NCBI GenBank assembly: GCA_963806855.1
Contig: CAWDYW010000001.1
Location: forward strand, 1,280,001 to 1,344,000
Direction of reading: 5' to 3'
Source: an uncultured Verrucomicrobiae bacterium
Lineage (GTDB): Bacteria; Chlamydiota; Chlamydiia; Chlamydiales; Rhabdochlamydiaceae
Length of the DNA: 64,000 nucleotides
Shown: positions 56,803 to 64,000 of the stretch, in pieces
Numbering within the stretch: the stretch's first letter is position 1
How the letters are laid out: each line of letters begins with the position of its first letter
The notes under the pieces: generated by a model
Told to the model about the DNA's origin: nothing
Seen by the model: the letters and a program-made list of their open reading frames with translations, nothing else
Database searches by the model: none
Position numbers and translations under genes: made by a program

Positions 56803-57675
56803 TCAGGGCCTAGGATGGAATTTTGCAAAAGCATCTGTCAGATATTTCTGGCTTACATGGGTATACCGATCGGTCGTTGCGATGCTAGCGTGGCCGAGCA
56901 TCTCTTGGATAACCCGCAGATCGGCCCCATTTTCGAGCAGGTGGGTGGCGAAGGAATGGCGGAGGGTGTGGGGCGAAATCGATTTTGGGAGGTGAATTTG
57001 TTTGGCATAGAATTTCACCCGCTCCCAGACTGCGACCCGATCGAGCCGTATCCCTTTGCTTGAGACGAAGAGGGCCTCATTCTTCTGTCCAGAACCGCTC
57101 CGGAAGTGAATGAGGTAATGATCGACATGGGCGACGGCCGACTGGGCGATGGGGACCAGCCGCTCTTTGCCTCCCTTTCCCTTCACTTTGACGAAGGCAT
57201 CATCGACATCAGAGATGTTCAAGCCGCATAGCTCGGAGACCCGCAGCCCTGAGGCATAGAGCACTTCGAGGATCGCCCGATCGCGCGCCCCTATTGGCTC
57301 TTGGCTATTGGGGGCGCTCAGTAGCTCCTGGACCTCTTGTTCGGTGAGCACTTCAGGGATGAGCTGCCACATTTTTGGGGTATCTAGGTAGAGCGGCTCT
57401 TCGGACTGGATTAGCCGCTCGCGCCGTAGGAACCGAAATAGGCTTTTTAAGGCGACCATGGCCCGGTAGATGGAGCTGGAGGCAAGCTGTTTTTGTTTAA
57501 GACGATCGAGGAAAGCGACAATTTCAGCCTCTTTGACTAAGGCAAGGCTGTCGATTCCCCTCTTTTGCAACACTTCGGTAAAATAGGCTAAATCGCGCTG
57601 GTAGGCCTCGATGGTGTTTTTCGCAAGACCCCGCTCAGAAGCTAGATAAAAAAGGAAATCCTCGATGTGTTGCAT
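56803..57675 (-). CDS. xerD: site-specific tyrosine recombinase XerD
   Basis: [62 protein letters not shown]. Confidence 0.93.
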   Translation of the reverse strand: MQHIEDFLFYLASERGLAKNTIEAYQRDLAYFTEVLQKRGIDSLALVKEAEIVAFLDRLKQKQLASSSIYRAMVALKSLFRFLRRERLIQSEEPLYLDTPKMWQLIPEVLTEQEVQELLSAPNSQEPIGARDRAILEVLYASGLRVSELCGLNISDVDDAFVKVKGKGGKERLVPIAQSAVAHVDHYLIHFRSGSGQKNEALFVSSKGIRLDRVAVWERVKFYAKQIHLPKSISPHTLRHSFATHLLENGADLRVIQEMLGHASIATTDRYTHVSQKYLTDAFAKFHPRP

Positions 57676-57688
57676 GGACTTAAGTGTA

Positions 57689-59410
57689 TTACTGGATCAA
57701 TAAAGGGGCAAGGGCTTTGCGCAGCTCTTCTAATCCCTTTTTCTTCGCCTCTTCGACTTTGCGGGTCATGGCGATCGCTTTCGCAAGCATCATTTGACGG
57801 TTGAGCTCGCCATTGATCTCTTTTTTGATCTCAGCGGGCAAGTTCTCCAGCATTCTCTTGAGGCGTAAATCATCCCTCTCTTCTTTTAGAGCCTGGATAA
57901 AGACCTCCAAAGTGGGGTTCTTTTCCTGGAAGAGCTTCTCATTTCGATTCATGATGGCCAAGGTGATTCCATTCTGGCCAAGCCAGATGAGGGTCACAAT
58001 GAGACCAGCGATAAGCGGTACGACCCCCATTGTCACGACGCCTGAAGCAACAAGCGCAGCTATAGTGAGAGCTGAGGCAACGGCAACAGCTGAAGAGATG
58101 AGGAGCATCCTCTTGTCGTGCTGAGCTGGTTGCTCTTCCTTGTAACTCTGAGCAAGGTAGTATCCATCGAGTCCAATTGCCATTATAGTAAAGAGAAGCA
58201 TAAGGACAGAGGCGACAATTAGAGCCGTCCCTCCAGAGAAAACCATAGCGGCAACTAGGGTGATCACTCCGAAGACAAAGATGGCTGTCAGGATGCTATT
58301 TTCGACCAATTTCTTATTCGCCCCCTTCTGGATCGCTTCGACAAGTTCAGCTCCTTTTGAATTCTCAGTTAAAGCAGAGAGCTCTTTTAGAGCTTCCATC
58401 CCCTCTTTGTTGAGGATACGCCCCATTTTAGCTAATTTTTTGACTTGCACCGATTGTGTCATCATCTCAAGGCCAAACGCCATCAACTGATCCTGGTTGT
58501 CGACTACTTGTTTCACCATGTCAGCCAACTTTTCATCGGACACTTCCGGGATATTGAGCTCTTTTAACCAGGTGCGCAACTGATCCGTACCTGTTTTAGA
58601 GGCAAGATCGATCAATTTTTGACGGGCCGTGTCAGTGCCGAGCTTCTTTTGAAGCTTGGCCAAAATAGCCTCTGGATCAGCTTTTAGCTGTCGTTGTAAG
58701 ATGGCGATCTGCTCGCTCAGTTCCTTACCTTTTAGCTTATTCTTTAGTTTCGCCCCTTCGTAAATTTTGATCCCTGAGATCACACCCAAGAGGGCAAAGA
58801 AGAGTGTATACAACACAAGCCCGACGATCATGATCCCATAGGTCGCACGTCCAGCCAAACTAGCCGAACTAGGACTGGGCGCGATGTTTTTAATCGCATC
58901 GAAAATCGCGATAGCGCGAAAGCCTGTCAACCCAAGGGCCCCGCCAATGTAGGCAGCATCCTTCAGGACAGAGACACGACCGAGGAGTAGTCCTCTTTTA
59001 TCCGCAATGGCACTGCTAACGGCGATATTTTCGAATGCGCGCTGCATCTGGACTGCACCCACGAATGCGCCAAGGCCGGAGGCAAATCCAGTAGCTTGGT
59101 AGACTAAAGCGGCATCGGTTCCGCCGAATTTCGCACTAAACCATCCGCCAACACCACAGCTGCTCAGCAAGTCGTGGATACTGCGGTAAGCAAAGGTGTA
59201 GTCAGAGACCATAAAGGCGCTGCCGATCGAGTGGCCAGAGAGAGCTGGAGCTCCGAGTTTAGGAATATGCCCATTTGCAGCAAATAGCACCTTCTGCAGC
59301 AACAATTTTGCCGAAGTGTCTAATTGTGAGGGATCTCTGCTCCATCTTGAGAATGGAGAAAGGACCGCCTCAATAGTTCTATTAAAAAATCGACCTGCAA
59401 TTGCAAGCAT
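57689..59410 (-). CDS. orphan multi-TM/coiled-coil protein (Inc/translocator-like architecture)
   Basis: paired long hydrophobic segments separated by a coiled-coil region. Confidence 0.7.
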   Translation of the reverse strand: MLAIAGRFFNRTIEAVLSPFSRWSRDPSQLDTSAKLLLQKVLFAANGHIPKLGAPALSGHSIGSAFMVSDYTFAYRSIHDLLSSCGVGGWFSAKFGGTDAALVYQATGFASGLGAFVGAVQMQRAFENIAVSSAIADKRGLLLGRVSVLKDAAYIGGALGLTGFRAIAIFDAIKNIAPSPSSASLAGRATYGIMIVGLVLYTLFFALLGVISGIKIYEGAKLKNKLKGKELSEQIAILQRQLKADPEAILAKLQKKLGTDTARQKLIDLASKTGTDQLRTWLKELNIPEVSDEKLADMVKQVVDNQDQLMAFGLEMMTQSVQVKKLAKMGRILNKEGMEALKELSALTENSKGAELVEAIQKGANKKLVENSILTAIFVFGVITLVAAMVFSGGTALIVASVLMLLFTIMAIGLDGYYLAQSYKEEQPAQHDKRMLLISSAVAVASALTIAALVASGVVTMGVVPLIAGLIVTLIWLGQNGITLAIMNRNEKLFQEKNPTLEVFIQALKEERDDLRLKRMLENLPAEIKKEINGELNRQMMLAKAIAMTRKVEEAKKKGLEELRKALAPLLIQ

Positions 59411-59558
59411 AACTAAATTCCTTATTTTTATATCATTATGTTAACACAATCTTGATTTAAAATCAAATTTTGAACCCCATGAGGATCAAAGACTTGTAAA
59501 TATTTTATTGCAATTTAAGTCATTGCGAATGTAAACTTTATGCCAAAAGGAGTTTAAC

Positions 59559-60317
59559 ATGGATGTTTCTGGAGTACACCCAATCGATCAATTTGGTAGA
59601 CAAGGAGTTGAGGCTATTGCCGCCCCCCTTTCTTTTGCGAGCGACGGAGTGAGAGAATTAGTAAAAGGACTTACACCTGGCAAATATGTTCATACCGAAT
59701 TCAAAAATGATAGCCGCACGATCTTGCAGCTAGCCCACGAAGTGCTCGATTTTTATGGGAATTATCACAACAACGTGATTAGAAATGGCCAGGAATATGC
59801 AGGCAAGGTTGAAAAATTTGTGGAAGGCATCGTCAAATGGCCCTTAACTCCCCTCACCTACACCGAGACCGGAACTGCGATCCAGAAAGTGATTTGCGAG
59901 ACGCTCATCGGAACGATTGTCCTCGTCACAGTCTTTTGCGCTCTCCAGATTTTCCATATAGTCCCTACAATCGTCACCGCGATTGTGATCTCCAGCTCCC
60001 TTCTCTTCTATCAAACAGCTCCCGTGGCGCTGATTACAGTCTTGGCGACAAGCATCCTACTGTTGAACGTCTATTTCCTCTATTACCTGAGCGGAGAGGT
60101 CAAGGTGGGAAATAAAACCCTCGATAAAGGCTTTACAGATGCACAAGTTAAGATTTTGGAGATCCAGACAGAGGTTGATACTCTAAAAAAACTGGTCATC
60201 GATGAAATCGTGCCGACAATTAAATTTGCAGGTTATGCGGTCCTCGGTCTAGCGATACCTTCTACGGCTGCAGTATCTATAATTGCTTACTATGTGTTAA
60301 CAAATAGGATAGTTTAA
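59559..60317 (+). CDS. orphan membrane protein (Inc-like architecture)
   Basis: long hydrophobic block, short coiled coil, C-terminal TM; SD AAGGAG. Confidence 0.7.
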   Translation: MDVSGVHPIDQFGRQGVEAIAAPLSFASDGVRELVKGLTPGKYVHTEFKNDSRTILQLAHEVLDFYGNYHNNVIRNGQEYAGKVEKFVEGIVKWPLTPLTYTETGTAIQKVICETLIGTIVLVTVFCALQIFHIVPTIVTAIVISSSLLFYQTAPVALITVLATSILLLNVYFLYYLSGEVKVGNKTLDKGFTDAQVKILEIQTEVDTLKKLVIDEIVPTIKFAGYAVLGLAIPSTAAVSIIAYYVLTNRIV

Positions 60318-60907
60318 CCAAGACATCACGCAGCACATCTAGAGGGGGCTGATTGGCATTAAAAGTGGAGATCAGCTCTTGAGGGTACTCCTCGAGAACT
60401 TTCACCGTTTCCTTTTGATAGACCTCCATACGGCGGCGAAGGATCTCTTCGTCAAAGTCATCGACACGCCGCTCGATCACCGCTCTGCGCTTTAAGACGA
60501 TTGACCAGCACCTCAAGATCGGGCGTTTCCAGCACAATAATGTGCATCAGCTCGATATAGGGCTCGATCAATTTGGTCTGCTTTGCCGTCCTCGGAACCC
60601 CGTCGAGGAGCAGAAATTGGTCAGTTGGGAAATAGCAATTGGTCGCAATCAATCCCCTCACATAGTGGTGCCATATCTCGATCGTCACTTCATCGGGAAC
60701 CAAATTCCCCTCCACAGCATATTTGTGGAAGATCCTTCCTGCTGGCGATTCGGGAGAGAGTCCTCTGAAAATTGCACCTGAGGAAAGATGGTAATGGTTA
60801 CCTGCGCTACTCAAAAATTTTCCTAACGTCCCCTTTCCAGAGCCTGGCGGACCGAAAATGAGGATCGAACGAAAAGGAGCATTCTCGCTAAGAATTATTT
60901 TACTCAT
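60277..60907 (-). CDS. adk: adenylate kinase family protein (one apparent frameshift near 60491)
   Basis: IFGPPGSGKGT, LVPDEVT, LLDGVPRT; continues in another frame LKRRA..RVDD..RRRMEVY. Confidence 0.85.
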
Positions 60908-61002
60908 AATTTTTCTATATCATTTTTACAGTGAAAACTACAGATTTAAATTTTTAATATATACATAAATTAAGAACGCTTAAAGATTTAGAAAGAAAAT
61001 CA

Positions 61003-61030
61003 TTGACTTCTTATTAAGTGATATTATAAT
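61003..61030 (+). promoter_or_regulatory. putative sigma70/sigma66 promoter
   Basis: TTGACT-N16-TATAAT upstream of 61115. Confidence 0.65.
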
Positions 61031-61114
61031 ATATTAATACTAACACAGCAAAAAGCTGTTTAGAATAAAACTAAACACTAACAATAAAAACATCCAAATT
61101 TGGAGGATAATAAA

Positions 61115-62023
61115 ATGGTTAATAAAGTCACTCAAGGATTAAAAGATTATTTTTCTTTAGAAGCTCAAAAGAAAGATGAAGCAAAATTTGATAAACAAGT
61201 TGATGAGGTCAAAGAAAAAGTTGACACACTTGGTAAAAGAGTTGTGAACTTCTTAGAAACAACAGCTGTTGATGTTCTGAAGTCACCAAGTAAAGTTTTT
61301 GCCGCACTTCAATTAGTCGAAGCGCAAAAAGATGAAGATGGAGAAGAAATTCCTCTTTCTCTTAAAGATAAACTTGGAAACTTCCACAAAAACGTCTTGA
61401 TTAAAGGGGACGAGGCTGCTCGAAATGCAGGCGAAGCAGCTCACCTCGCAACACGAAAATCTCTTCAATTCGTTCGAAAAGGTGCTAAGTGTATCAATAG
61501 AGAAAATATGGGCGCAACAGTTCAGAACTCAATTGCTCTTGTAATCGGGGCGATTGTTCGCGGTATTTTCTTCATCGTTTCTCAGCTCGGACATTTGAGA
61601 ACTCCAGCTGCTGCGGTTGGTATTGCTGCTGCTGTTGCGGTTACTGCCGTTGTCCCACAAGTCGCATGCGGAATTCTTGCCGTTAAGACTAACAACTTAA
61701 CTAACGAAGTAAAAGGGCTCAAAGCTGAGCTCAAAGCAAAAAATAGAGCTGAAGCTGCTCAAGCACAACAAGCTGCTACAACTAAGAAAAGAGCTGCTAT
61801 TGCTCTAGTTGCAACACTTGTTGCTGGTGCCGCAGTTGCTGCTTACCTCAACCCTGCTGTTGTAACAAGCGCAGCTTCTACAGTTGCTAGCGGTGCTAAA
61901 GCTATTTTTAGCAAAGTTAGTTCATTGTTTGCATCAAGAGCAGCTCAGCTGCCAATGTGTGGTCTCAATGAAGGGAATGCTACATGCAGCGCCAACACAA
62001 CTCTTTACACACTTGCTAGCTAA
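61115..62023 (+). CDS. orphan Ala-rich membrane/coiled-coil protein (Inc-like architecture)
   Basis: GGAGG SD, hydrophobic hairpin, coiled coil, further TM; own promoter and terminator. Confidence 0.75.
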   Translation: MVNKVTQGLKDYFSLEAQKKDEAKFDKQVDEVKEKVDTLGKRVVNFLETTAVDVLKSPSKVFAALQLVEAQKDEDGEEIPLSLKDKLGNFHKNVLIKGDEAARNAGEAAHLATRKSLQFVRKGAKCINRENMGATVQNSIALVIGAIVRGIFFIVSQLGHLRTPAAAVGIAAAVAVTAVVPQVACGILAVKTNNLTNEVKGLKAELKAKNRAEAAQAQQAATTKKRAAIALVATLVAGAAVAAYLNPAVVTSAASTVASGAKAIFSKVSSLFASRAAQLPMCGLNEGNATCSANTTLYTLAS

Positions 62024-62047
62024 TTTAAATTAGTTCGTAAACAACAT

Positions 62048-62079
62048 AAGCATGGGGAGATTTCTCCCCATGCTTTTTT
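62048..62079 (+). terminator. rho-independent terminator
   Basis: AAGCATGGGGAG-ATTT-CTCCCCATGCTT followed by T-run. Confidence 0.85.
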
Positions 62080-62087
62080 ATTTAAAT

Positions 62088-62115
62088 AAAAAAAGCGGGA
62101 GTTTTTCTCCCGCTT
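62088..62115 (-). terminator. rho-independent terminator of the minus-strand gene
   Basis: A-run then AAGCGGGAG-TTTTT-CTCCCGCTT. Confidence 0.8.
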
Positions 62116-62139
62116 ATTTTATTTAAAATAAAAAATGGT

Positions 62140-62382
62140 TTAAGCAAATGGATTTAACGTTTGAGTATAGGGACCGTCTTCGTCTGGAGGAAGTTGCGAG
62201 GGGTCGTTCGCTTCGGCCAAAAGGTCGGAGATCGTTGCCTTGAGTGTTTCGACACCTTCGGGAAATCCGCAGTCGACGAGCATGGTGTTGAGTTTAACGA
62301 GCTCGGTCTCGAGCATGTCCACTTTGCTCTCTAACCAGGCTACTTTTCTCCGAAGTTCTTGCGTATCCACTAATACCTCCAA
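62140..62382 (-). CDS. small coiled-coil hypothetical protein
   Basis: KVAWLESKVDMLETEL..CGFPEG; followed by a terminator; start uncertain. Confidence 0.75.
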   Translation of the reverse strand: MEVLVDTQELRRKVAWLESKVDMLETELVKLNTMLVDCGFPEGVETLKATISDLLAEANDPSQLPPDEDGPYTQTLNPFA

Positions 62383-62546
62383 TTTTAATTAAATTATTTC
62401 CTTATAAATATATTTTAACAATTATTGAATTTAAGATCAAGATTTAGTTAAGAAAATATAAATAATCACATCATTTTAATTATTAGTTACTTACAAATAG
62501 TTTTTTTCTTGCAGTTTTTACTCCCAATCGACTACTCTATTGCGAT

Positions 62547-62810
62547 ATGGCTAAACTGGTTTTTGTCGACGGTGGAGAAGAATATCAACTAGAAGAGGGC
62601 TCTCCTATTGCTCAAATTTGCGAGGAGGCTGGGGTTCCATTTGCCTGCACCGAAGGCATCTGTGGAACCTGTGTCATTGAAGTCGTCGAAGGGATGGAAA
62701 ATCTCTCTGATTTCACCCAAGAGGAAGAGGACTTCCTCGGCGATATGGATAAAGAGCGGCTCGCTTGCCAATGCAAGATTAAGGGCGGCTGTGTTAAAAT
62801 TAAATTCTGA
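62547..62810 (+). CDS. 2Fe-2S ferredoxin
   Basis: FACTEGICGTC...ERLACQC. Confidence 0.95.
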   Translation: MAKLVFVDGGEEYQLEEGSPIAQICEEAGVPFACTEGICGTCVIEVVEGMENLSDFTQEEEDFLGDMDKERLACQCKIKGGCVKIKF

Positions 62811-62821
62811 GGTAAGAAACC

Positions 62822-63391
62822 ATGACTAAGCAAGATGAGAAGATTTCACGCGAAATGACGATTGAGGACATTTTCGCTAAGTTCCCCCATAAGGCTCAAA
62901 AGCTTGCACAAGAGATCACCAATGCGGGTCTCCACTGCGTCGGATGCCAGGCGGCCACTTGGGAGACTCTCGAGGCAGGGATGCTGGGGCATGGGTATGC
63001 CGAAGACGAAATCGATGGGCTAGTCGCTAGCCTCAATGCGATCCTTCAAGAGAAGCAAGATCTAGAGTCCATTAGCCTCACCAAGCGGGCAGCCGAGAAA
63101 TTCAAAGAAATCCTCGCCGAAGAGGATAAATCCGATTGGGGGCTCCGTTTTGGCGATAAGGCAGCGGGATGCAGCGGTTTTGAATATGTGCTCGATTTCT
63201 CCAAGCAGCCTAAAGACGATGATATCGTGTTCCAATCGCACGGGGTCCCTATCCATGTCAATAAAGGGGCCTTGAGCCGCCTAGTTGGCTCGGAGATCGA
63301 TTATGTCGAAGGGCTCAACCACGCTGGATTCAAGATCTCTAATCCCAATGCCAAAAGCTCTTGCGGCTGCGGTAAATCTCAGTCCTACTAA
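62822..63391 (+). CDS. HesB/IscA-family Fe-S carrier with N-terminal DUF1858-like domain
   Basis: GLHCVGC..WETLE N-domain; AGCSGFEY, NPNAKSSCGCGKS. Confidence 0.92.
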   Translation: MTKQDEKISREMTIEDIFAKFPHKAQKLAQEITNAGLHCVGCQAATWETLEAGMLGHGYAEDEIDGLVASLNAILQEKQDLESISLTKRAAEKFKEILAEEDKSDWGLRFGDKAAGCSGFEYVLDFSKQPKDDDIVFQSHGVPIHVNKGALSRLVGSEIDYVEGLNHAGFKISNPNAKSSCGCGKSQSY

Positions 63392-64000
63392 CGGTGGATA
63401 GGGCGGCCATGGACTGCCAAGGCTGCCTCTTTAACCGCTTCTGAGAAGGTCGGATGGGCGTGGGGGGCATTCCCCAGCTCGAGAGCTGTCATCTTCTTCT
63501 CGATCGCTACAACCCCTTCTGCGATGATTTCTGAAGCATGGGCGCCGAGGATATGGATCCCCAAAATGCGGTCGGACTTGCCGTCAGCGACGATTTTGAC
63601 CATCCCTTCTGTCTCCCCCGTACACTTGGCCCGAGAGTTGATTTTAAAGGGAAAAGTACCCGTTTTGACATCTACCCCCATCCCCTTTGCCTCTGCCTCA
63701 GTTAAACCAACGGCTGCCACCTCTGGATTAGTATAGACCACGTTGGGGATCGCTATGTATTCGATCATGGGTCTTTGGCCGGCGATCAATTCCGCAACGG
63801 CAACCCCTTCTTCAGAAGCTTTATGGGCGAGCATCGGGCCATCGACGATATCCCCAATGGCATAGATATTGGGAATTTTGGTCTGAAAACGGCCATTAAT
63901 GGGGATAAACCCTTTCTCATTGGCGGTGATGCCCACATTTTCGAGTCCCAAGCCTATAGTATAGGGACGGCGGCCGATTGAGCAGAGGATCACATTGGCC
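63388..64000 (-). CDS. lpdA: dihydrolipoyl dehydrogenase, C-terminal part (5' truncated by window edge)
   Basis: YAIGD, MLAHKASEEG, VVYTNPEVA, HAHPTFSEA. Confidence 0.96.
   Translation of the reverse strand, partial: ANVILCSIGRRPYTIGLGLENVGITANEKGFIPINGRFQTKIPNIYAIGDIVDGPMLAHKASEEGVAVAELIAGQRPMIEYIAIPNVVYTNPEVAAVGLTEAEAKGMGVDVKTGTFPFKINSRAKCTGETEGMVKIVADGKSDRILGIHILGAHASEIIAEGVVAIEKKMTALELGNAPHAHPTFSEAVKEAALAVHGRPIHR

Noticed and set aside
56803..57675. xerD as integrase of a prophage or integron
   Set aside because: Canonical XerD size and motifs; no IntI insertion, attC array or phage genes adjacent
1..64000. tRNA, rRNA or riboswitch genes
   Set aside because: None recognised by eye; a tRNAscan/Rfam run would be needed to exclude them

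Overview
Bacterial chromosome segment, most likely from an environmental Chlamydiota member (inferred from the Pkn1-type kinase/FGE fusion, RNase HIII, class I aldolase, gatCAB and several Inc/effector-like orphan proteins). Housekeeping genes (glmS, fbaB, rlmI, rimO, oppABCDF, ispH, rnhC, recN, gatCAB, xerD, adk, fdx, lpdA) are interleaved with accessory DNA. The main find is a ~9 kb RiPP locus at 24601-33602: NHLP-type adaptor plus a C39-peptidase ABC exporter pair, TfuA, YcaO, a MoaD/ThiS sulfur carrier, a MoeB-rhodanese and a Nif11-leader precursor peptide. Together these predict a secreted thioamidated peptide. Other notable items: a TnpB-only element sitting between a predicted promoter and the fbaB start; a ~7 kb AT-rich island bounded by ~180 bp direct repeats overlapping Tn3-derived miniature elements (Schlafen/AlbA_2 protein, YeeB-like helicase-HA fusion, Tad2/DUF2829-like protein); a gatB/xerD 3'-end duplication that looks like allele capture from a relative; 150-170 bp palindromic elements; eukaryote-like candidate effectors; and an unannotated 54-aa Cys-motif protein. 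Several frameshifts fall in homopolymers and may be assembly errors. All family assignments come from motif recognition by eye, not database searches.
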